A stretch of DNA of 63,952 nt, the filler included, from Reclinomonas americana ATCC 50394 (lineage: Eukaryota), in the NCBI GenBank assembly GCA_048213135.1. It is 13 parts of 13 records of this genome, joined end to end, with 100 filler letters (N's around TTAATTAATTAA, not from the genome) between each part and the next. Parts side by side here need not be neighbours in the genome. Positions count along the whole stretch, not along the records: positions 45,432 to 55,141 come from AFZH01021669.1; positions 55,242 to 58,436 come from AFZH01021670.1; positions 58,537 to 62,792 come from AFZH01021671.1; positions 62,893 to 63,952 come from AFZH01021693.1; 9 more parts are not named here. One strand, 5' to 3'. Below the pieces are notes generated by a model. It had not been told where the DNA came from. It saw only the letters and a list, made by a program, of their open reading frames with translations, and made no database searches. How positions within the stretch are numbered: the first letter of the stretch is position 1; each line of letters begins with the position of its first letter. A program made the position numbers and the translations under genes. Shown in pieces: positions 53,801 to 63,952 of the stretch.

Positions 53801-56800
53801 ACTCTCATTCTGCCATTGTTTTTTTCTCTTCTCCTCATGCCTTGCCTTCATTCTATGTCTATGCATCTGCTGCTCACAATATGTCTGGCTTATTGTCTTA
53901 TTCGTTGGCTGTGCTTTCTCCTGTATTCCTGTCACTCTCCGTCTCTCGCTGAGCGTCTCTCTGTCTATTAATCGTTTTCTGTTACTTTGCAATGCGAAGA
54001 AGAGAGAATCACTTCGGAGAAGAGAGCACGAAGAAAAGCAACACGGTATGGAAGAAGTGGACAGCGAGAAATAAGAGAGCAGCAACAAAGAGAGGAGCGA
54101 GAGAATGAGAAGTACAGTTAGAAAGAGAAGAGCATTGAAGAAGAGGAAAGACAAGAGTGAATGGGAAGAGGAATTATGATAATGAGAGACCACTGACGAA
54201 GAGCACAGAAATCGTCGGTTCTGAGTAGGAACCTTGATTCTGGTATTGAGTAGATGACGAGTAGAGACCAAACGAATATTCCTTGCTTTTTCGTTTGTTG
54301 CTGTGGCACGCCAGAGAGGCCTATCTGAGAAAAGAGGACTAATAATATTACATGCGTCTCTTCTTTCCCTTGCCCTCTTCCTTTCCCTCTTTCCTCGCTT
54401 CCCCTTGCCCATTCCCTCTCTCACTCCCTCACCCTTGCCTCTCCCTGTCCCTCTTTCCTCGCTTCCCCTTGCCTCTCCCTCTCCCTCATTTCTCCCTTTT
54501 GCTCATTTCTCCCTTTCCCTCTTTCCTCCCCTCCCCCTCCCCCGCACCTTCTCATCCACCGTGGCGGTCTCATTGTTGATCTGCCGAATGTACGGGTTGG
54601 CGGCCACCACTTTTTGCACAAAATTGTCCACATCGCACACGCGATTGCTGTGCACGTCGAGGAACTCGAGGCGCGGGCAGTTGCGCGCAAAGACGGCGCA
54701 CTTGTCGACCGACTTGATGCGGTTGTCGGAGAGGTTGGCGTAGCGCAGTTGTGGGAGTTGGATGGCATCGACCTCGCTGAGTCCCACGTTGCGCACGATG
54801 AGCACCTCGAGGAGGGTGTACATGTTGAGGCGGTTGATAAAGTCGCGCTGGGTGTGGTCGCGGGAGAACATGAAGTGGTCCATGTAGACGTAGCGGATGG
54901 TGGTGGGGGTGGTGCATTGGAAGAAGAGGTCGGGGTTGTTTTCGATGCGTTCGTTGCGGCGGTACTGCAGAAGGGGAAGGGATAGAGGGAGGGGAAGGGT
55001 GAGGGGAAGGGTGGAGGAAGTGTGAGGAGAAGGGTGAGGGGAAGGGTGGAAGGAGGGGAAGGGTGGAAGGGGGGAAAGGAGGAAGGGAGGAAGGGAGGAA
55101 GGGAGGAAGGGAGGAAGGGAGGAAGAGAGGAAGGGAGGAGANNNNNNNNNNNNNNNNNNNNNNNNNNNNNNNNNNNNNNNNNNNNTTAATTAATTAANNN
55201 NNNNNNNNNNNNNNNNNNNNNNNNNNNNNNNNNNNNNNNNNAGGAAGAGAGGAAGACAGGGAGAGAAGAAGGGCGAAAAGGAGGAAGAATTTGGGGAGGA
55301 TGGCGACGAACGGGAGATTCAGCAAGGAAGAGAGATGAGAGCAAGGCGGAGAGGTGGACGTAGAATCAGAAGCAAAGGTGGGACGCAAAGGTGGAGAAGG
55401 TATGACAGACCAACGACAATGCGAGAGCAAAGAGATGAAAACGGGGGACGGTGATACAAATAACGTGAGAACACACGGAAAAAAAGATGATGTCGAGTCA
55501 CTGAGAAGTAAAGAGCTCCAACATCAAAGTCAAGAAAGACGCACAGAATTCAGGTCCGGCAATCCAGAAGCGTTGAGTTTGAGGTATGTCGGTATGTAGG
55601 CCTCGGCTGGCATGCGCGCACGAACCGCGTCGAACTCCTATTCGGGAGGCGTGAGCAGGGAAACATTCATAACTGTGAGAATGCACACACCTGCACGTTG
55701 ATCGACTCGAGAAACACGCCTTCCTCTGGATCGTCCAAAGCCTCCACGTCCTCCATGGCGACAAAGTGTTGCTCATCCACTGTTGGATAGGTGGGTGAGT
55801 TGTGTGAATGCAAAATAAATGAAGAGGAATGTAATAACCGTCACCAACAGTGGCGGCGAACTCGCGACGCTCGTGGGTGAGTCTGCTGTAGTATTCGGCA
55901 AAGTCGAACAGGTGGTCGTCTTCGAAGACATCGACGGGCTGCGAAACGGGAGGGTGATAGTGAGTGAAGCTGGAACGGGCGAAGGAGATGAGAGGAGAAG
56001 CGAAAGACAAGGGAAACGAAGGCATATGGGATTGATGGTGAAAGTGTTGATGTCAAGAGGTGAAAGGAAAGGACACATGATGTAGGGAGAGAGAAGTCGC
56101 GAGGCCGAGAAATGAATATAAGCGACAGAACACCAGAGAGATTGGAGAACAGTTGATCCGCCATAATGATGGGAGAAAGAAGTGATATGTGAGGAAACAG
56201 AATGGCATAACTGGAAACAACTCACAGAACATGGGACAGTTTAGAGCACATACACAAGGTAAGCAAGTGTGATTAGAAAATAGTCGAGGTGCCATAATGA
56301 CTGCAAACGGAAGTGATACAGGGAGAAGGCAACAGAACAAGACGCCCGTCAACAAAAGAGAAAGCAGCGCACTGCCCCACCACATACTACCCCGAGCCGA
56401 ACTCCTCCCACAAACACACCTTCTGCAGCTTGAGTTGCGCACGTACGACATGATGCTTGGCGCCTGCGCGACGACGACGCGGGGTTGTCGGCACCGATGT
56501 GGCCTCGACAGGGGCGGGTGAGAGGTCTGCACCGACGAGCACACCGCTTGTCCTTTCCTCTTCCTCGTCGCCTTCGTCTGCGCTGCTGCTAATGTCGGAG
56601 GAGGAGTCGGAGGCGTTGTTGTCCTCCACATCCGAGTCGGCGCGGGAGGAGTCGGAGTCGAGGGCAATGTCGTCGAGGTCGAGGGGGGCTGGTTCGGCGG
56701 ACTGCAGGGGGAGAGTGAGAGGAGAGGAGGGGGGAAAGGGGGAGGGAGAGTGGGAAGAGAGGAGAAGATAGGGGAAGAGAGGAGAAGATAGGGGAAGAGA

Positions 56801-58403
56801 GGAGAAGAGAGGAGAAGAGAGGAGAAGAGAGGAGAAGAGAGGAGAAGAGAGGAGAAGAGAGGAGAAGAGAGGAGAAGGGAGGAGAAGGGAGGAGAAGGGA
56901 GGGAAAGAGATGAGAAGAGATGAGAAGAGATGAGAAGAGATGAGAAGAGATGAGAAGAGATGAGAAGAGAGGACAAGAGAGGGAGAAGAGAGAGGAGAAG
57001 ATTGAGGAAAAGAGAGGAAAAGAGAGGAGAATAGGGGAGAAGAGGGGAGAAGAGATGAGAGGAAATGAGAGGAGGTAAGAAGAGAAAAAGAGAAAAGAGA
57101 AGAAGAGGAAACAAGAGGAACAAGAGACGAGAGGAGAGAATAGAAGAGATAAGAAGAGAGGAGAAAGGAGGAGAAGGGAGGAGAAGATATGAGAGGAAAT
57201 GGGACAGGAGAGAAGAGAAAAGAACACAGAGAAGAAGAGGAGACACGAGGGAACAAGAGACGAGAGGAGAGAATGGAAGAGAGGTGAAGAGAGGAGGAAT
57301 GGGATGAAACAAGAAGAAGAAGAGGAGACAAGAAGAGACGAGAAGAGAAGAGATGCGGCAAAAGAAAGAAACAAGAGAGCAGATGAGAGGGATAATCGGA
57401 AAAGCTGGAAGGTCAACAGAGAACGCAAAAACATCTCGTCACTCGCAACAGAGTGATGTGGATGATCGGAAAGAAGCACGATCGTCGGCGCAACTCTTGA
57501 AGCAGCGGCAGCAGCAGAAGCTGCAGCCGTTGCCGCCGCTGCCGCTGCCGAAGCAGCCTGTGTGTCATGATGGCTGGCGCGACGACGCTGAGCCAGCTCA
57601 ATCATCTCCTGCGCCAGCGCATCAACGTCGACAGTGTTGGGCGCGGATGCCGCTGCGGGTGCTGCAGATGGCGCACGGTGAATGTGTCGTGCGAATTCAC
57701 CGTCGCCGTGTGGCGACAGCGGTGCCATGCGCGGTCGGACGGCTTGGATTTCCGGTGCGCTGGGACGGCGGGCTTGCGGTGGCTGCAAGGGAGTGAGTCA
57801 TCGGTGGGCGAGAGGGTGGATAGCACGCACGCAACAGCAGGCATGGGGGCGGCATCTTCATCTGTGTGGGCGTGAGTCGGGGACAGGTCGGTGTGTGAGT
57901 GGTGTCGTCGGAGAGTGCCGACGTTGGTGGCGACAATAAAGGGTCCGTCGGCGGCCTGCGTAGGGGGAAGGGATAGTGGGCATGTGAATTGAGCGTTGGG
58001 GAGAAGGGGAAGTGATGACGAACTGCGGTAGAAATGTCGGGGAGGCGAGGGACGACGTGGGTTCGGCGGGTGGGGTCGTCTGCAGGAGGGAAGGGAAGGT
58101 GAGGGAGGGATGTCAAGGAATACAGCGTTGTTGGAGAAAACGCAACAGGAGACCACTTGCACGGAGCCGAGTGGTCGTGGGGCTGGTCGAGTGGTCCACT
58201 CGACGCCCTCTCCAGCGCTCTGAGATGACGTGGAACGTGGGAATGCGGCAAAGAGGGACAACGAGGAAAGCAAGAGGAAGGGAAGGCGAGAGGAGGCTCG
58301 TTCGCTCTCTCACTCACTGCTCTTCTCCCACGCTCACTGCTCGTCTCACTCGCTCACTGCTCGTCTCCCTCGCTCACTGCTCGTTTCGCAAGCTCACTGC
58401 TCG

Positions 58404-58436
<33 letters not shown>

Positions 58437-58626
58437 NNNNNNNNNNNNNNNNNNNNNNNNNNNNNNNNNNNNNNNNNNNNTTAATTAATTAANNNNNNNN
58501 NNNNNNNNNNNNNNNNNNNNNNNNNNNNNNNNNNNNCTACCGTTCACTCGATCGAACCACACGGACACGTTGTACGCATACACGGACCAACACAGCATCG
58601 AGAGAAAAACGCTTGATTGTCGCCAT
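38893..58626 (-). CDS. Very large protein: disordered N-terminus, many SDS22-like LRR blocks with LRR caps, then a multipass membrane domain; more than 30 exons; both ends tentative
   Basis: LRR exons (LQRLDLSHNRI, LETLLLRGNKL, YRxxxxxxLPxLxxLDG caps) splice in frame through 44485 and ~44327 into TM exons (EIFIGFFQ|ILAILL..ITWP, LFLITITYLPIC, LLYVVGIPVFF, YLYSPYE..YF). Four assembly gaps fall inside. Confidence 0.72.
43905..44070. repeat. Intronic 13-bp tandem repeat (CTCACTGCGTTCC)n
   Basis: About 12 near-perfect units. Confidence 0.9.
52937..53019 (-). other. U12-type (minor spliceosome) AT-AC intron, 83 nt
   Basis: 5' end ATATCCTTT. Branch site CCCCTTAAC (52958-52950) lies ~14 nt from the 3' end, which is TTAC. 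Removal gives in-frame ..FLQAS-G-MVVWRPELV.. (phase 1). Confidence 0.88.
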
Positions 58627-58705
58627 ACCAAGAACACATGCAGAGAAGAAGAGAAATAACTTGGAAAACAATTCAAAGCTCAGCAGCACGAAGTAAAAAG
58701 TCGAC

Positions 58706-61394
58706 TCAGCACACAGAAAAGATGTAAATGAAACTTCTTTGATCACCAGCAACAATTTTGGTACCGTCGCTGCTGACTGTAACCGGCCGCCAGTCTCGAC
58801 TCGATCCATATGTCGTCCATGTCACACCTGAATCGCTGGAGACGTAGAGATTATCATTCACGACTGAAGCTACCAGCCTGGTCCCGTCGCTGCTGGACGC
58901 CACCGCACGCCGCTCGCGAGGTGCATCACGCGGCGTCCACGTCACTCCTGAATCACTGGATGTGTAGAGGTAACCGCCACCGTCAGCAGCTGCCAGCTTG
59001 GTGCCGTCGCTACTGGATGCCACCGACACCCACTGTCGAATAGAGTCCCGTACCGTCCAAGTAACGCCAAAGTCACTGGAGGTGAAGAGCTGATTGGTTC
59101 CACCCACCAGTAAGGAACAGTCGCTGTTGCATGCCAGTGAAGCCCATGTGCGAGCAAATGTTCCCGCCGCCGTCCATGTCACACCGGAGTCAGTGGATGT
59201 GTAGACCGGAGCATTAGCATATCCGGCCACCAGCCTGGTACCGTCGCTGCTGGATGCCACTGCAGTCCAATCGCGAATTGATTCTCGCGCCGTCCATGTC
59301 ACACCAGAATCATTTGACGTGTATAGCCGATCGTTGCCGGCCGCAGCCACAAGCCGGGTACCGTCGCTGCTGGATGCCACCGACCGCCACGATCGGATCG
59401 ACTCGCGTGCCGTCCACGTCAAACCTGAGTCACTGGAGGTGTAAAGGTGATCATCGCCGGCTGCCGCCACCAGCTTGGTACCATCGCTGCTGGATGCCAG
59501 CGAAAGCCACAGGCGCATAACCGCACGAGCAGTCTCTCCAGTTTCTATGCAAGTCTCACATGCGGTACCTGTGTGTAGGCAGGCACCCACACAATCATCG
59601 TCAGTATCTTGCGCTCCACATGGAGACATGGACGGACACTCACCACTATAATTGCTTGCACACTGGCATACCCCGTCGCTGTTGCAAGCGCCGTGGCCAG
59701 AGCACGTCGAGGCTGCCACGCAGTTCACATTGCACGATGTACCGTAGTAGTTGGCATTGCACTGGCATGTTCCGTCGCTCTTGCACGTGCCATTGCCTGA
59801 ACAAGTAGTGGCTGCCACGCAGTTCACATTGCATGATGTACCGTAGTAGTTGGCATTGCATTGGCACGTTCCGTCGCTCTTGCATGTGCCGTTGCCTGAA
59901 CAAGTAGTGGCTGCCACGCAGTTCACATTACACGATGTACCGTAGTAGTTGGCGTTGCACTGGCATGTGTCGTCGCTCTTGCATGTGCCCTTCCCGGAGC
60001 ATGTCACAGACGGACTGCAGCTGCAGCTGGCATTGGTGTAGTCGCCCGTGCACTGACATGTGCCGTCGCTGTTGCATGTGCCGTGGCCAGAGCACGTCGT
60101 AGCTGCCACGCAGTTCACATTGCACGATGTACCGTAGTAGTTGGCATTGCACTGGCATGTGCCGTCGCTCTTGCACGTGCCGTGGCCTGAACAAGTTGTG
60201 GCTGCCACGCAGTTAACGCTACACGATGCACCGTAGTAGTTGGCATTGCACTGGCATGTGCCGTCGCTCTTGCATGTGCCGTTGCCTGAACAAGTTGTGG
60301 CTGCCACGCAGTTAACGCTACACGATGCACCGTAGTAGTTGGCATTGCACTGGCATGTGCCGTCGCTCTTGCATGTGCCGTTGCCTGAACAAGTTGTGGC
60401 TGCCACACAGTTCACATTGCACGATGCACCGTAGTAGTTGGCGTTGCACTGACAAGTTCCGTTACCCTGGCACGTGCCGTTGCCAGAGCATGTGGTCGTG
60501 GGGTTACAGAAGGGTACACACACGTTGCTGAAGCAGGCACCAGAGCAGCAGTCACCGTTACTCGAGCAACTAACACCAATTTCCCAACATAGGCACTGTG
60601 CAGAGGTGGCAGTCTCGAAGCACTCGCGACCCTCAGGACATTCGGCGATGACTTGAGTTGAGCTGTTGGAGCATTTCAACACGGCAAGTCGGTTCAGCGA
60701 GCACGTCGTGGTACCGTCAGGAAGTGTGCACGTGCCACAACGTCCGCATTATTCGCCCCAGTGGAACTATATGACATTGATGTCACAAAGTCCTCTTCGC
60801 CAAGGCGAGTGGTGGTGAACTGCAGTGACTGCTGCTCGATGCGAACTTGCGCAACGATGGCCGATGACCTCCAACCGCGAAGGAACAGCTGCACATTAAT
60901 TGTGGCTCGCAGTAAGCCGTTAGGTGTAGACGGCGTCACCAGACTGGCAATTTGCGACGTCGCTGTACTGACGTGTGTCGTTTCTACATACATCAGTGTC
61001 AGCATATGAAGGTGAAACCTTACAGTTGTATCGAAGCACGACACGTACCACCAGACAGCATCACAAAGCCGGTAAAGTTGGTGTTGTCGGGTCGCGTCGG
61101 TGCGACTACAAAACGTGCGGACAGTGCTTCGACGCGAGAGTCACCACGTACGGTGCCCTTGACGACGAAACTCGAGCGCGACACTGAGCCGCTCGAGAGG
61201 GCAAAGTTGTCACCCCTTACGCGCTCATTGTTACCACTGGCCGAGTGACGGTATGACAGCACACCCATCACGGCTACCGGAATGGCATTGGCCGTGTCAA
61301 ACTGATACGTCGATGATACGCTCACAAGCTGTGCATTTGGTAGAAAAATCAGTACCGAGAGGGCGAGGATTGGGAAGAAGTGCGACGGAAAATC
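58706..61394 (-). CDS. Protein with 9 tandem EGF-like repeats and a C-terminal 7-bladed BNR/Asp-box beta-propeller; 5' structure uncertain, apparent frameshift near 60745
   Basis: 33-aa repeats CxxxxxCSGNGTCKSDGTCQCNANYYGxSC and 40-aa repeats WxSVASSSDGTKL...LYTSSDSGVTWT. In-frame 75-nt intron at 59643-59569. Stop at 58706. Confidence 0.85.
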
Positions 61395-61611
61395 CTAAAG
61401 TGTGCAAGTGTGCATCTGTGCGTGAGTGAGAAAGGGTGAGTGAGCGTGCGCAACATTCACGCTGCTCTTGTTCGTCGCGTCCGTCAGCCACCCTTGCTTG
61501 CCAACGTGCGTTGCCCGTCCATGGAGGGAACGATGGTCGGATGCACATAGAATGCGAGGTAGTCTATACATGCGGTACACGATACACAGGTGAATCATCA
61601 GTATCCCCGCC

Positions 61612-62398
61612 TCAGCTGAGATCCACGTCTGGTTCAATGTTGACGCAACTAAGTGTGACAGTCGGTCCCTGCCGGCCGTCAGTCGACACTCCAATGCAGC
61701 GAGTCGACATTCGCGCCGCTGTCACGATAGGCTCGGCGCAGAAGGCGGATGTGCCCTTACTCGGCGTTGCAGTGTTCCCACTGTCTTGACTACCGATGCT
61801 GGCAAAGCCGAACAACACGCGCGGCCGATCAAAAAACTCGCGCGCGAATGTAAACTGAAAGGCGGTCGTCGTCACTGCAAGCGTCGATAAGGTTGGCTTG
61901 CTGGACGAACTGCCGCTGTGGGCAACGCCCAGCGGAATCGATGTGGATGCAACGCCCTTGGTGCCGACGCCGCCATCTGTCATGAAGCCAGAGACAAAGG
62001 ACTCTCCTGTTGACACATACGGTCCGTTGTTGGCAGCAACACACAACTTGTACGCGCCGCCGCCGCTAGATCCGTTCGGTGTGATGGTCGCGCGAAAAAT
62101 GCGGCACCCAGTGGAATACTGGCACGTATCAGCACCGCGGCGCACAAACATGGCGCCGACACTACCCGCAAGCGTGGAATAGTCTGCAGGAGTGGCGCAG
62201 TCGTCACCGATCGGCACCAGCTTGAAGCTCGTGCAGTCGGCAAGATTATTCGAAGAAGAGCCAATCACCACAGCGTTGGTGCGGCCGTACTGAAGCACGG
62301 GAGGGGCGGCAAAGGAGACCACAGGCGACGACGACGCCGCAGTCACGATGATGGGAATAGTCTGCAGGCGATACACGGCAGTTCCGCCGGCCTGGAAC
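61612..62398 (-). CDS. Large exon of an unknown beta-rich, probably extracellular protein (either upstream part of the EGF gene or a separate gene)
   Basis: ~260-codon open segment with ordinary amino-acid complexity after a CAG acceptor. FTFAREFFDRPRVLFG is weakly reminiscent of H-type lectins. Confidence 0.5.
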
Positions 62399-62892
62399 CT
62401 GATGGCGGTGGAACGTAGGAACGATGAGAAACAAGGGAGTGAGGGCAGCAAGGGCGGGGAGAGGAGATGAAGTAAAGAAGGAACGACGGACGGCGAGATA
62501 TGGCGTAGACAGGTACACTGGCAGGCGTGCTGAGGGAGTATGCGAAGATGGCGAGGAGCAGGAAGAAATATTAATGGGGTACACCGAGGTATGCCTCGAA
62601 GAAAAAGGATGGCGAACAGCGAGAGAGAAGAGCGCGTTGGAGGAAAACTCTCTGAGCAGAGGCGCAGAAAAAGAAATGAGACAGCCAGACGACAGGTAGC
62701 GAACAGATTGTGCGGGAGGTGAGACGAGAAGAGACTGAGATGCATAGAAAAGAAAGGAGGGCCGGGCCGCAAGAACCTCAGAAGCCGAAGAGNNNNNNNN
62801 NNNNNNNNNNNNNNNNNNNNNNNNNNNNNNNNNNNNTTAATTAATTAANNNNNNNNNNNNNNNNNNNNNNNNNNNNNNNNNNNNNNNNNNNN

Positions 62893-63636
62893 AATCGGCC
62901 CCAGTGCCGGCCTCCTCGGGCTCCTCCTCGTCGTCGAGCTCGTCATCATCGAGCAAGTCCAAGAGCGCAGCGGTGATTACCGGCCCGCGCACCGTGGCAC
63001 TGGAGCAGAACAAGTGGAAGATTGTGCGTCGCACTAGTTTCTCTTGATTTCACTTCTACCGCTCACACCACACACATCAGCAACACATTACTGGCGAGCG
63101 CGACGTTGTGATTCAGGGCGAGATGCGCCACGCCGTCTACATTTACAATGTGCGTGACTCGCTCATCACCATCAGGGGCAAGATCAACTCGGTCACCATT
63201 GGTGAGTCACGTGCTGGGCGGATGCTCGTCTTTCATCACCCTCTTATCCATTGTGCACAGACAACTGCGTCAAGTCGGGTGTCATCTTTGAGAACGCCGT
63301 GGCCACGTGCGAGATTGTGAACTCCAAGGTGGGGTGGCATGCTCCTCCAACACACGCCCGCATTCCTCTAACACTTTCGTGCAGTCGGTGGAGGTGCAAG
63401 TCACTGGCACAGTGCCGTCCATCACTGTCGACACCACGAGCGGTCTCCAGCTGTACCTGAGCGAGCAGAGCAAGGCTGCGGAGATCGTCACCTCCAAGTC
63501 GTCCGACATGAATGTGGTGGTCGCCGGCCCCACTGCCGACTCGGATCCTGTGGAACTCCCCGTGCCCTACCAGTTCTCCACCAAGATCGTCAATGGCAAG
63601 ATTGTCACGCAGCCTGTGGACCACGGTGGCTTCTAA
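62893..63636 (+). CDS. CAP: Adenylyl cyclase-associated protein (CAP/Srv2), C-terminal CARP domain, 5' partial
   Basis: NKWKI|QH..VYIYNVRDSLITIRGKINSVTI|DNCVK..CEIVNSK|SVEVQVTGTVPSITVD..EIVTSKSSDMNV..ELPVPYQF..DHGGF* is the CAP C-terminal signature. Three GT-AG introns. Confidence 0.95.
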
Positions 63637-63952
63637 AGCTGCCCTGCCATTTTTCTCTCTCCCGTCCCTCGCTGCTTTCTATCATCTGTCTCCGCTTGCT
63701 CTCTCCGCATGCTGCAGTGTACAAGCGGATAACTGCGTATGGTCGTGTTGTTGTTGTTTCGTGTTTTTTTCACTCCCACTGCTGCATCCTACCCGTAATT
63801 GCCTTCTACTCCGCGCGCACCATTCTGTCGCGCAACCGTGCACTGGAGACCAAGAAGGGGCCGTGATGCACTCCACAAAAGGAAACTCTCAACGCTGCGC
63901 GTAAATGATGCGCATGGCGTGATCTGGCGTCAAGCGGAAATCCTGCAAGCTC

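Overview
Eukaryotic (most likely protist) scaffold. It has GC-rich exons, many short introns, low-complexity long introns and 12 artificial N-TTAATTAATTAA-N gap spacers. About 15 intron-containing genes can be traced by hand: a HAD-like conserved protein, an SDR16C-like dehydrogenase, a type I membrane protein, a secreted tandem SUEL-type lectin, a tandem array of at least 4 ankyrin genes with a C-terminal F-box-like motif, an RCC1-repeat/coiled-coil protein, a multipass membrane protein, an Elongin-A-box/LRR protein, a ~20 kb LRR plus multipass-TM gene, an EGF plus beta-propeller protein and CAP/Srv2. There is also a decayed RLE-type non-LTR retrotransposon fragment with target-site duplications and a nested 150-bp repeat. 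The main observation is the splicing code. About 30 of ~95 hand-traced donors are GTTGCG(T) or close variants, which is the local GTGCG/GTGAG/GTACG consensus shifted by one base, and 28 of these 30 follow a non-G exon base. A clear AT-AC U12-type intron is also present. Gene models are manual reconstructions without RNA data or database searches.
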